From NCBI RefSeq assembly GCF_001194135.2, contig NC_068988.1:74067057-74115559 (forward strand): DNA of 48,503 nucleotides, read 5' to 3'. The first letter of the stretch is position 1. Each line of letters begins with the position of its first letter. Below are positions 23,535-36,282 of the stretch, piece after piece. Source of the DNA: Octopus bimaculoides. Its lineage: Eukaryota. Below the pieces are notes generated by a model that saw only the letters and a list, made by a program, of their open reading frames with translations, did not search any database and was not told where the DNA came from. Position numbers and translations under genes: made by a program.

Positions 23535-23771
23535 CATAGATACATACATATATATAAAGTATGGGCGTTTAGTTCACAGATGATCTAAACGACTAGGTAT
23601 ACTGGGTAAATGCTATAACGGATTACCAGGGCTCCAAGCCAAGACAGGAGTTATGGAACTATTGTAGATTTCTGATATAGTGTATATATAATTGTTAATG
23701 AGGACAACAAATGCTAAGGCAAGACAAACCTCTCAAGTCATATATGTTATTATTTCTGGGAAAATTTTGAC

Positions 23772-23827
23772 GTCTTACAGCTGTTTCTGGGATATCCCAA
23801 AATATGGGATATTCCATCATTAGCAAC
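23772..23827 (-). ncRNA. Degenerate hammerhead motif of the GAAACAGCTGTAAGA family
   Basis: CTAATGA (G5A), long stem II, GAAACAGCTGTA-AGAC; stem I poorly paired. Confidence 0.55.
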
Positions 23828-24347
23828 AAACAGGGGAAATGTGAGGAGTATAGATTAAGGAAACAATGACATAGAAGACTGGAGAAAAGAAGAAAAAGGA
23901 GCATAAAAGTTCACAGTTCAACTTTCCGATAATGTAGATGTTAGTCCAGTTATACATATATATAAATATAAACACAGACACATAGACACACACACGCATA
24001 GACACACACACGCATAGACACACACACACACAGACACACACACACACAGACACACACACACACACACACACACACCCCAGAGTAAGCACATAAATGTGAA
24101 ACAAGGTGGGAAAAAAATATAGTACTTGAATACCAGAGGTAGAGTAATATGCTTTGTCAATGTAGTTGCCAAAACATCACAGAGACTGTTACTCAGAATT
24201 TCATGTTCCCAATCATTGGACAGTTCTGGCTGAGAATGGAACAAAAATGATACCTTATTTTTGTTCCATTCTTGACTAAAACTGTATGAAGAATGGGAAT
24301 GTGAAATTCTGAGCAACAGTTTTTATGGTGTTTTTGCAACTTTATTA

Positions 24348-24385
<38 letters not shown>

Positions 24386-24681
24386 NNNNNNNNNNATGAC
24401 ATAAAGAAAACACGGACAGGTCATTCAGAGCTTTCTTTCTTCAATCGAGTTCCAGATTATCATTGCAATTTTGGCTGGTTATTCTCGATATTGCTCCAAT
24501 CTGGCCAACCCCAAGGAAAAACTAAGCTAAGAGTATTAGATTCCTTGGAAGAAAGCAGCGAATGTATACAAAAACAAGGATGGAGAAAACGAACAATGTT
24601 ACACAAATACAGTAGGAATAATAACGGGACACAACAGATGTCTTTTGACTAAGGACAAATAAAATTAAGCTAGTGTATATA

Positions 24682-24901
24682 TGACGGGGTGCTGAAAAGT
24701 TCTTGGCTTTGGATAAAAGAAAATACAGAGGACCAATTAATCATGATTTTATGCAACGTATTCCCCTCTCAGATTCATACATTCACTGCAGCAGTCCTTC
24801 AGTTTATCTAAGCCCTGTAAAAGAACTCAGAAATTTAGGCTTCCAGCCAGGCCTTTCATGATACTCTTAAAGAAAGTCAGGAACTTTTCAGTACCCCCTC
24901 A
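24682..24901. mobile_element. Tc1/mariner-derived MITE (220 bp)
   Basis: ~30-bp TIRs tgacggggtgctgaaaagttcttggcttt / aaagtcaggaacttttcagtaccccctca; TA on both sides. Confidence 0.85.
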
Positions 24902-24903
24902 TA

Positions 24904-24934
<31 letters not shown>

Positions 24935-25994
24935 ACACACACACACACACATACTAGACTACAATGACCTATTGGATCACCAGGAAAATCTGAGTTTCTC
25001 AGCAATGGAATTTTGTTTTGTGGGTTTTCTTTTCCTTTTCCAGGTTATTTCACGTGCTTTCAATGAATGTGACATTGAAATCACACGTAAATGGTTCCTT
25101 TCCCCAGAAAATGAAAGATTTGGCTGTTATTCTTGCCCTGCTACCATGCAACAAGCTCCTTTATTGCAAATAGCTGTTATGTGGTAGCAGTGTTACATGG
25201 TAGCAAGGAATGCTAGAGATAGCAGCAAAATCTTTGGAGGTGAGGTAAGTTGAATGCACTCAAAATAAAAAAAAACCAATGGAAAAAAATTATTTCACAC
25301 TGAGGTTACAAACAGGTCTTAGAAAATATTTACCATATTTTTAATGTCATTTTCAATATGCCCCCCAAAATTTTTGTAATGGTAGTCAGATGAAAATAAT
25401 TTAAAGAAACATTAAAATATTGTCTATTTAAAGAAAGCTAAAATATAAATACTTACTGTACAAACAACTTACATTTTTGAAATCACATTTGCTTAAAAAT
25501 ATTTCTAAATGATTAACATGTGTTTAATAAAAGGGAAAGTAGAAACATTTTTTGTAAAAAACAAATATTTTTTTGTTGTCAAGTCACTGTCTAATCGAAA
25601 GGTAAAAGTTTCTTCCCTTTCAGGATTAAGTTATTTTCAGAATATTTTTCCATTATGCACCATTTTGGGTATTTATAACCTGAAAACCCCTAATATCTCA
25701 AAAACCACTTGTCAGATTTACACAAAACATGTTTAATTCCGTTCGTATTAACAATTCAGAGACAATTTAATTCATAGTTATTACAGAAATGTACTTGCAT
25801 AGCAAGTGACCTGATCTGAGATCGTGTGCTGAAACAAAAACAATTGCAGTGTGGAAGGTGTTTATAAGCCATTAAAATTACAAAAACAGTTAGATTCACT
25901 TCAACATTTGTTAAAATATTTTCGTCACTTTGAAACTGCGATCTGTTCACTGACAAAATTCCACGCTACATCTGAGAAAGTAACAGTCAGTTCA

Positions 25995-26280
25995 TGATAT
26001 GTATGTATGTATCTATGTGTGTATGTAAATATGTATGTATGTATGTACATATGTATGTGTGCATATAAGTAAGTGCATATGCATATGTGTACATACGTAT
26101 ACATGCATGCATGCCTATATGCATGTATGTATATATGTATGTACTTCTGTATGTGAGTATTTAGGCATGTAAGTGTGTAGACGTGTTTGTGTGTATATGT
26201 GCATGTACATGAGAATGTATGTTTATGTACTGATATGTGTGTGTTCAAGTTGTATATATGACTGTTACTCTGTTGAAGGT

Positions 26281-26321
<41 letters not shown>

Positions 26322-26480
26322 CCCTCGCACCACCATCTAACAGTGAATGGATACAATGTCTTAGATACATACATGCAAATATGAACCTACATATGTACAA
26401 GCACATACAATCATATAAACATGTATACACACTCACATACATATGTATAATCTTAAAGTATACACATATATAAGCTTATC
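25995..26480. repeat. Low-complexity (TATG/TG/TA/CA)n tract
   Basis: Direct reading; source of spurious Y/I/H/T-rich ORFs. Confidence 0.85.
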
Positions 26481-26599
26481 CATCTACACATATATGTCAC
26501 TATTTTCGCAGACAATGGTTAAAATTCAAATTCTTTTTTTTTAAAAATTTTATTTTACATAGACATACATATATACATACGAATATCTGTTACACAATA

Positions 26600-27970
26600 T
26601 GCTTGTTCCACCAGTAACAAACGAGGTAGACCACCTACCATTACCTCAGCTTACAGAAAGACCCACAGTGAATGCTGGCACAGATGGACAAAACCAGACC
26701 ACCCACCTTCAGATGTACACGACATCAGGACTATTGGTGCACATGCTATCAGTGTCAGCCTTAGAACTACTCTTAAAATGATATTTTAAAGTTTAATAAT
26801 AAACTATATAAACAGATGTTGTGGATTGCTAGACAACCCGCAGCATCCTCTTTAGCTATGTACTCTCAATACGTTGACAACATTAACCTTGTGAAAAGTA
26901 ATAGTAATACACATATGGACACTCTACTAAATGAAGAACAGATAATGACAGCTGTACAATATATAGCTGACTCTATCCATAGCAGTATAAAGGTTACTGT
27001 AGATTACCCCTCTAAACACGCCAGAAATAGATTACCTGTCCTAGATACTGAGCTGTAGATAGAAAATACTATGGTTAACGGAACTGTTAAACCCTGTTTA
27101 CTTCACTCACACTATTGTAAACCTATGGCTAATCCATGGGTAATCCGTAGTGACTCAGTGATATCAAGTACTACCAAAATCAACACCCTCATGGCAGACT
27201 TGGTTAGAGTAATGAGGAAAGTATCCCCACTATGTGAACCATAAGAACGCCAACAACACATCCAGCACTACATATTCAGAATGTAACATTCCAGTTACAG
27301 TACAATAGAATCAGAGTGTGCAAAGGAGTGAAAATAAGATTTGAACTCATTCTAAGAGATGATGAAAGCAGCATATGCCCCCTACACTGCAACAAGTTCT
27401 GGAATAGATTGGAGAGGGACACCAACAAACAAAATAAAAATAATACTTGGTATGATAACAAGAAGTTTCACAGTGTAATGTTTGTTGACGCTACACATAG
27501 GAATGAATTAAGTAGGTCATTTAAGAAAATCCTACACACAACTGACCTTTAAATCAAAGTTGTAAAAAAGACAGGTAGGACTATCAAATCTGTATTAAGT
27601 AAATCATACCCATTTGATAGAATCACGCGTCAGAATAATTGTGCAGTATGTTCTATAAACCCACATGAAATGCAAAAAGAAAAACACTGTTTACCAGATT
27701 AAGTGCTGAAAAAGGACTTGTATGATTATTGGTGAGACTTCTAGGAGCATCAATGATATATTCAAAGAACACCTGGACAACTACATTGAAAAAAAAATCA
27801 AACTCCATCTTCTACCAGCATGCTGTAGACTGTCATAATGGCTCCTTAGGTTAGACATTTTATCTACATATCCCACTGATGCAATGCTGAGACAAGTCAC
27901 TGAAGCTGTCTGTATACAGGAATACAAACCCACCCTCAACCATAAATTCGAAAGGGGTATCACACAGATT
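26600..27970 (+). mobile_element. Degenerate Penelope-like element (RT C-terminal half, Cys-rich linker, GIY-YIG)
   Basis: SQYVDNI, IADSIHSSIKVTVDYPS..LPVLD, CKPMAN, SVMFV, NCAVCS..KC..TVYQIKC..IIGETSRS..FKEH, MLRQVTEAV.IQEYKP.LN; the Cys linker suggests the Neptune group (unverified). Confidence 0.8.
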
Positions 27971-28364
27971 CCACTCAGGAGTACCCGTCTATAATCACCC
28001 CTTTCTCTCATTTACATGTAGAAATCCATACATATATGTTGAGATGCATGATAGTGAAATACATATATGTAGTTATATATAATTGTATGAATGCACATAG
28101 ATTAATATGTGTGTATGTATGTGTAGATGTATGTGTATTTTAGTCTGTGTGTGTATGTGTTGTGTGAGTATATGGGTGTATGAGTGTATACATGCATGCA
28201 CATATGACTGTGTGTAGATATATGTATATATTATATATATACATATGCACAGGAAGGCGACACTGGTAACGATCACGCTTGAACGGTGCTCTTAGTGCTC
28301 CACTAGTACAGGTGCCATCACGATTTCACTTGCCCCAACAGGTTTTTGCAAACACACACACACA

Positions 28365-29987
28365 CTAGCAGCATATCCAGTGTTGCCTTTGTCTCATGAA
28401 ATTGAAGAATTAGACTTTTCTTTTATATTTTCTCTAATGAGCTGGAATACCTAAGATTCAAATTTCATCAAAATTGGAGATTAAGAATTTTAATGAGAGT
28501 TCTTTCCCTGTTTACACATCCCAACAAAAATTCTAATCATGACATTTATCCCATACTACTCATCTTTATGCTCAGATTCCAAAATCTAAAGCTTATAAAA
28601 CCTATTCAAAGGCTTTTGCTCCTGAAAAATGGAGCTCTAAATGTGGGAGTTAAGGCCCCTATTAGGAAGTGGGGTCTTAAAGTCAATCAGAAAAGTTGAA
28701 TTGTTAGGAATCTTTTTAAACTTGTGTCTTATATCTATTGTTCAAATTACTTTGAAATTGGAGATATATGAGTGTTCATTGGGTTTGTAAAAGAGCAAAG
28801 CTAAAGGAAACCAAAAGATAAATGATCACAAGAAGTAGTCTGCTACCCTACCCTAGTCATTACCACTCCCCATACAGGTGACTGGCACAGCCGTAAGATG
28901 TATTACGAATCTGTAGCAATTGGACTCAGCTCAAATAAACATTAACAACTGTGTAACAAGAGGGCTAAGGGGAAATGAAAGTGTCACCTCTGGAGTTTGC
29001 CAATGATCACTATGTCGATAGGTAACTGAACAGAATAAATTTGCAATCTATAAATCTCTTTGAAAGGTCAATCACTTATATGGAAAGGTCTTGAAATCAA
29101 TCTTACCATCTGGGAACTATCTCTGACTGATTGATAATAAAAAGACTCAAAGGAGGTCTGCAACCAAATAACTTTATTCAAAATAACACTTTACAACTGA
29201 AGCAGTGGAAGCAAAGATGCCTCTCCTTTACTTGGCAATTTATGCACCACATTGCAGAAATAACAATCTAAGTAAATTTCAAAGCAAACTCTTACACTGT
29301 TGTACCATTGAATTACAAATAACGCTCATCTTGTATTCTTGGGTGACTCTACAGCTTCCAAGACTACAATTATATTCATCTTGGCTTAAGAAAAATGAGT
29401 AAATTGTGGGGGTTAAACCCCCATCAAGGGGTCTTACTAACTCCTAAGAAGTTGAAATTTTAGGAATATTACTTCATTTGTGTCTAACATCTATGGTTAA
29501 AATTTCATCAACAACAAAAATATATGAATTTTCAAGGGGGTTATGACATCATTTATGCCCCTTCACTTTCAAATATATATTGCATTACATTTGTTCTTAT
29601 GCATAAAAATATAATTTTCAAATTTCATAAAGATCCATTCAGTACTTTTGACTATGTTTTGGATCATAAAAAATGACTTAAATTTGGGAGTTAAGGCCTC
29701 CATTAGGGGGTCTTAGAATCCTCGTGAGAAGCATAAACTTTGAGAATACTTCTTGATTTGTGTCAATTACCTATGGTTCAAATTTCATCAAAATCCAAAG
29801 CATACGAATTTTCACGGTGGGTCTGCCTCCCTTTATGCTCCCTCAAAATTGTATGAAACATACGGAATTGCCCTTCTCCCTAGGCTTGGATTTTGTGTTC
29901 CAAATTTCATTAGGATCAGTCCAGTAGTTTTTGAGTCTATAAGTAACACACGAACACACATAAAGACATTGACTTTTATATAATAGA
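28365..29987 (-). mobile_element. Non-autonomous Helitron-like element with an internal foreign segment
   Basis: Minus strand A|TCTATTATATAAAAG ... GGCAACACTGGATATGCTGCTAG|T, i.e. 5'-TC, 3'-CTAG and an A|T target; three diverged internal subrepeats near 28630, 29400 and 29680. Confidence 0.7.
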
Positions 29988-30159
29988 TATATATATGCAC
30001 ATATACATACATGTATATATGTATGTGTGTGTGTGTGTGTGTATGTGTATTATATATATACACAGAAAGAGATTGATAGAGACAATTGAGTGGGTAAACA
30101 AAAATATGAGACACTACCTTGAAGAATTTTCTGTGGAATGAATCAACCCTAGAGCTTTT

Positions 30160-30485
30160 TTAAAATTTTGATAAGCTTGGTACTTATTCTATCGGACTCT
30201 TGTTGTCAAACTATTAACTTATGGGGATGTAAATAAACCAACACCAGTTGTCAAGCTGTAATGAGGGAGAAATACAAACAAAAAGACACACACATACACT
30301 TACATATATACACATATATATACAATGGGTTTCTTTCAGTTTCTGTCTACCAAATTCACTCACAAGGCTTTGGTTGGTCTAAGACTATAGCTGAAGACAC
30401 ATGCCAAGTTACCACACAGTGGGACTGAACCCAGGACCATGTGCTTTGGAACCAAGTTTCTTACCACATAGCCACACCTGCACCT
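30160..30485 (-). mobile_element. tRNA-derived bipartite SINE, diverged copy of the 36855-37263 family
   Basis: A-box-like gtggctatgtggtaag, B-box-like gggttcagtccc, body aaagccttgtgagtgaatttggtagacagaaactg. Confidence 0.82.
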
Positions 30486-31214
30486 ATATATATATGTGTG
30501 TGTATCTTTTCATTTGTCTCGCTTGCTTACGTTCTGGTGTTTGCTGAATTTTCTTGAGAACAATCTTTTCTTAATGGTCAGACCATATGGGGTCTACATC
30601 TAGCATAAGGGATGCCCACTTAGTGGTCATCCCTCTTATATGTATGCAATATATATGTGTGTATGAATATATACATATGTATGTATATGTCTATATGTAT
30701 GAGTATATGTATGTATATGTATATATGTGACAATTTCAAAACAACGCTAAATCATACATCAAAATAAAATAAATAGAAGTGGAGAGACAAGTTACTGAAG
30801 AGATTGCAAGAGTGAAATGAAATGATTTAACAAAACAAAAAAAAAAAACGAAAAACTTGTAGTAACGCTGTGCGCATGCGTAGTCTCAAGCCTGCGTGGA
30901 ATTCAACAACCAAGTTTTCCCGCTTCATTCTGTCTCTTTCTTGCTGGCCAGCGATTGAGCATGGACGTGTTTAGCTGTCTCTCTCCATCTTTCGAACTTA
31001 CGCTCAACAGCTCGCTTACATCTACATACCAACAACCATGCTCATACACACAGAAGCTGTAACAACAAACAAGAGCTANNNNNNNNNNNNNNNNNNNNNN
31101 NNNNNNNNNNNNNNNNNNNNNNNNNNNNNNNNNNNNNNNNNNNNNNNNNNNNNNNNNNNNNNNNNNNNNNNNNNNNNNCCCCCCCCGCACCACATAACGA
31201 GACCTTCGCCAATA

Positions 31215-31578
31215 CATGTGCTCACACATGCGCGCCTTAACTTGCTGGTCTGTCTATATACATACATTCCTGTATATATACAGACGTGCCAATACTCACA
31301 CATGCACATACCTACATATGCACCATGCACATACCCACACGTACACACATTTGTATATATTTGCATGCACTAGTATGTATGCATAAGTATACACCCATAA
31401 ACATACTCACACATACACACCCACATGTACCCATTCACACACCCACCCTCACATGCACTCACAAACACACGTATGCATGTATGTATCCCAAAACACACAC
31501 GTGTTTTGTTTAAGGCTACCTCGCATCACCAACTCCTTAGCCATAGATCTGACCTTCTCCTTATGAGCATGTGTTTTG

Positions 31579-31613
<35 letters not shown>

Positions 31614-32063
31614 TCTCAGCTAACACCCTATACTTCGGTTTTACACTGATCAATGCTAACATAAGGATACTAATATATAACAGGGTAATGATATTTCTTT
31701 TATCATGTTTATGCTCTTCGCTTTCAATCAGTGTGGTATTAATCGTATTATTTTTTATAGCTTTAAACAAAACACATGTGTGTGTTTTGGGGTACATACA
31801 TGCATACGTGTGTTTGTGAGTGCATGTGAGGGTGGGTGTGTGAATGGGTACATGTGGGTGTGTATGTGTGAGTATGTTTATGGGTGTATACTTATGCATA
31901 CATACTAGTGTGTGCAAATATATACAAATGTGTGTACGTGTGGGTATGTGCATGGTGCATATGTAGGTACGTGCGTGTGTGAGTATTGGCACGTCTGTAT
32001 ATATACAGGAATGTATGTATATAGACAGACCAGCAAGTTAAGGCGCGCATGTGTGAGCACATG
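31215..32063. repeat. ~300-bp near-perfect inverted repeat of low-complexity sequence around an (ATT)n-containing spacer
   Basis: 31215-31518 is the reverse complement of 31758-32063 with only a few mismatches. Confidence 0.88.
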
Positions 32064-32217
32064 NNNNNNNNNNNNNNNNNNNNNNNNNNNNNNNNNNNNN
32101 NNNNNNNNNNNNNNNNNNNNNNNNNNNNNGTATGTATGGGTATATATGGGCGCACACATACAAGCACGGGGCATGTGTGTGGGTGCGTTAAGATGTAGGA
32201 GCGTAGGTGTATGTTTA

Positions 32218-32260
<43 letters not shown>

Positions 32261-32526
32261 GTGTATAAATGTAGGCGCATATGTAGGTGTACATGCATGT
32301 GTGTGTGCGTGTACACGTATGTATGAGTTTGCGGGTGTGGATACTTGCATGTTTGTACATACACAGGAAAGTAGGTATAGATACAGGCACGTATGTATAG
32401 GCGAGCGCGTGTGTGTACATATGTGCATGTGGAGGTTTCTGTGTGGGTGTATGTGGGTATGTACACATGGGTATGCGCATACGTATGTGTGTATGTGCGT
32501 ACACGCACATGTTTGTAAATAGGTGT

Positions 32527-32892
32527 CTGCACGCTAGCAGACACATATGTAAACACTCACTTTTTTAATTATCTTCCCTCACCCACCCGAATGACTCCTT
32601 CACCACAACCTTTAGCTTCACATCAATAACACCCTCCCTTTATATTTCTATGTAAACTAGCGTTCTTATGCCCAAAGCCCGTGGAATAATATCGGTGACC
32701 NNNNNNNNNNTTATGCCCAAAGCCCGTGGAATAATATCGGTGACCCCGTCGTAACTCTATGTAAACAAACCTTCTAACGGTCACTGACCATGTAACATCT
32801 CAGCTCGTGAGTTACCCCATCATTCCGTTTTTGTCTTGCTACTAAATGTTTTATTATGTTCTCCCTGATGAGAAACAAGTGATAATTCCAGC
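32527..32892 (+). repeat. ~320-bp dispersed repeat, copy A
   Basis: Nearly identical to 41712-42030; a 35-bp overlap across the N10 gap is probably an assembly duplication. Confidence 0.85.
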
Positions 32893-33015
32893 TACCCCTT
32901 TTTTGGGGAAATGGCCCCTTTTTTGTGAAATGGACCTCACTTACTTCGAAACATATATGTAGGAATTAAAGGAACTTTCATCGACATGCGTTTTTCTCCA
33001 TTTGTTGTTATTATC

Positions 33016-33066
<51 letters not shown>

Positions 33067-33201
33067 CACCTGATATACATCTACACTGTTGTATGCTCCT
33101 GAATCAGTTGTTGAATGTCCCACCCAAGCGGGATCAATTGTCGTGATTAATAATAAATTCTCGTATATTCCATCTTCCGTCTTTCATTTGCCATATATAT
33201 A

Positions 33202-33430
33202 TCTTCTTAATATATAAAACTGAGAATGTGTGTGTCTGTCTGTGTATGTGTGTCTATGTGTCTGTCTGTGAATCCCTAAAACTCTAGAACTACCCTACTG
33301 ATTTCATTCAAATTTTACATATGCCTTACTTAGGGTCCATGCAGTGTCATGGTCCCCAAAAATTTTCAGCTTCTTGCCTAATGCTAGCCTGGAGCAATCT
33401 CTTATCTTACACTATCTCAGTATTGCCTAT
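33202..33430 (+). mobile_element. 5' part of a Helitron-like non-autonomous element
   Basis: A|TCTTCTTAATATATAAAA followed by (tgtc)n, resembling the 5' end at 29987; no CTAG end found. Confidence 0.5.
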
Positions 33431-33499
33431 ACATGCATACATCCATACACATATATATGTGTATATATATAAATATATGTATGCCAAATGCAAACTTTC

Positions 33500-35707
33500 T
33501 TTTCAGGTACATGACACCGCTTTCCCCCATCCCAGGGTCACACAGGCCCACACCTCCAACACCCACACCTCCCACACAGTTAGAATTGGCACTATCAACG
33601 TCGGCACGCTGAAAGGTAGGTCTGGCGAGATTGTTGAGATGCATGAACGGAGACGCGTAGATTTGTACTGCATCCAAGAAGTAAGATGGAGAGGAGGTTC
33701 CGCAAGGTTCCTCACAGGCAAAGAACACAGGTACAAGATTTTCTGGGCAGGGAACACTGACAGGGTCAGGGGCGTGGGAATACTTCTAGCAGAGAAATGG
33801 GTTGATAAGGTAATCGAGGTAGTCAGAGTATGTGACAGAGTATTTAAGATTAGACTAGTGCTTCATCCTCAAAACTACTTCATTGACGAATGACAGGGAC
33901 CTTCTCTTTGTGGCTGGTATTTCAATGGTCATGTTGGACGTCATGCAGGGGGCTTCCATGGCGTTCATGGAGGCTATGGCTTCGGTTCCTGAAGCAGATA
34001 AGAAAAAAATTGCCAATGCTCTGCGCCGTGAGGAGCAAAGACTTGAAGTATTTCGTGTTGCAAGACAGTGTGTGAGAGAGAATCGTGATGTCGTGGGAGA
34101 GAAATGTGTTCGCATGGATGAGGGTACACTTGCACTAAACGAGGCTGCAAAGAAAGAGGTTTGGAGACGCCACAATGATAGATTGCTCAATAAAGAAAAT
34201 GAATGGGATAAAGAGAGTCTGCCGAATGTCGACCCAACAGAGGGACCAGCTATCCGAACTGACAGTACCATGGTAAATAAAGCAATTAAGAGTATGAAGA
34301 CAGGGAAACCCCCCGGCCCATCAGTGCAGAGATGCTCAAAATATCTGGCAGGGTCGACTATAACCTAATCATCCGTATTGTTAACCAGGTGATACACAAA
34401 GGAGTCATACCCAATGACTGGTGTAGCAGCACCATAGTCAACTGCTACAAAAGTAAAGGTGACACTTTGGATACAAATAATTATAGAGGTATCAAGTAGT
34501 TGGATCAGGTAATGAAGGTCACGGAGTGGGTCATAGCCCAACTAATTAGGGAGCGAGTCAGTTCAGATGAGATGCAGTTTGGGTTCATGCCAGGAAAAGT
34601 ACCACTGATGCTATATTTCTGGTAAGACAGCTGCAGGAGAAATACCTGACTTTCGTTGAAATGGAAAAAGCCTTTGACAGAGTCCCCCGATCCCTTATCT
34701 GGTGGTCAATGAGGAAACTTGGGATAGAAGAACGGTTAGTGAGATCTGTGCGAGCCATGTACAGAGACGCTGTCAGTAAGGTGAGGGTTGGCAACGAGTA
34801 CAGTGAAGAATTCCGGGTAGAGGTAGGGGTCCACCAAGGTTCTGTCCTCAGCCCTCTCCTATTTATCATAGTCCTCCAGGTGATAACAAAGGAATTCAAG
34901 ACAGGATGCCCCTGGGAGCTCCTCTATGCTGATGACCTTGCACTAATCGCTGAGTCACTATCAGAACTAGAGAAGTTCCAGGTGTGAAAGCAGGGACTAG
35001 AATCGAAGGGCCTTAGAGTCAACCTAGCAAAAACCAATGTCCTAGTAAGTAGGAAGGTAGACAAAACACAAACCCCTTCAGGTAGATGGCCCTGCTTGAT
35101 CTGTAGTAAAGGTGTAGGTAGAAACTCTCTAAGATGACCTCCGAACATTAGACCTCACTGAGGCAATGACTTCTGACCGAGACCTTTGGAAATATGCTGT
35201 GCCTGAGAAGACCCGGCAAGCCAAGTGAGACTAAAATCTAAGGCCACTGCCAGGGATGTAGCCAGCCCACTTACGCGTAACATTCGTTCATTGGACACTA
35301 AACTCCACTTGCGAAGACCTGTTGAGGCAAGTGAAATCGAAATTGAACTAAATTCTATGACTGGCAGCCATGCCAAAGTCTCTTTCATTGAACACTAAAT
35401 TCAGCTTGCGAAGATCTGTTGGGGCAAGCGAAAGCAAAATCGTGATGGCACCTGTATCAGTGGAGCACTAAAAACAACGTCCGAGCATGACCGTTGCCAG
35501 TACCGCCTGACTGGCCTTCGTGCGGGTGACACGTAAAAGCACCCACTACACTCTCGGAGTGATTGGCATTAGGAAGGGCATTCAGCTGTAGAAACTCTGC
35601 CAAATCAGATTGGAGCCTGGTGTAGCCACCTGGTCCACCAGTCCTCAGTCAAATCGTCCAACCCATGCTGGCATGGAAAGTGGATGTTAAACGATGATGA
35701 TGATGAT
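33500..35707 (+). mobile_element. RTE LINE spanning EN start to (GAT)n tail, with three internal deletions
   Basis: RIGTINVGTLKGRSGE..CIQEVRW, GHVGR..GYGFGS, MEKAFDRVPR, GVHQGSVLSPLLF, WELLYADDL, MTSDRDLWKYAV..K stop, 3' UTR, gatgatgat. Confidence 0.92.
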
Positions 35708-35743
<36 letters not shown>

Positions 35744-35744
35744 G

Positions 35745-36240
35745 CTTTGGCAGTGATCCCGCTCAGATGTTGCTGTTAGCGTTCCACTAGCACAGGTGCT
35801 TGGTTCAATTTCGATTTCACTTGCCTCAACAGATCTTCGCAAGCAGAGTTTTGTGTTCAAAGAAAGAAAGGTATGCATAAGTGGGATATGGTCTCACTTG
35901 TCTTGCCGGGTCTTCTCACGCACAGCATACTTCCAAAGGTCTCGGTCACTAGTCATTGCCTTGGTGAGGCCTAATGTTCCAAGGTCGTGCTTCACCACAT
36001 CATCCCAGGTCTTCCTGGGTCTACCTCTTCCACAGGCTCCCTCAACCGCTAGGATGTGGCACTTTTTCACACAGCTATCCTCAATCATTCTCGCCACATG
36101 ACCATACCAACGCAATCATCTCTCTTGCACACCACAACTGATGCTTCTTAGGTCCAACTTTTCTTTCAAGGTACTTACACTCTGTCGAGTATGCACACTG
36201 ACATTACACATCCATCAGAGCATACTGGCTTCATTCCTCG
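35745..36240 (-). mobile_element. RTE ORF C-terminus plus start of the 3' UTR, inverted
   Basis: RWYGHV.R..EDSCVKKC..GRGRPRKTW..MTSDRDLWKYAVREKTRQ. Confidence 0.88.
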
Positions 36241-36282
36241 CGAACACACACACACACACACACACATATACAATGGATGTAA

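Noticed and set aside
20842-23588. Many long ORFs rich in C/V/Y/I/H/T or X (also at 25925-26473, 31038-32556, 37276-37644, 39287-41233)
   Set aside because: Translations of (CA/TG/TA)n microsatellites and N gaps; no coding signal
30791-30831. gtta-CTGAAGA...GAAATGATT-taac hammerhead-like match
   Set aside because: Stem II cannot pair convincingly and stem I is only 4 bp in AT-rich sequence; likely chance
32666-32745. 35-bp direct duplication across the N10 gap
   Set aside because: Absent from the second copy at 41712-42030; typical unmerged contig overlap
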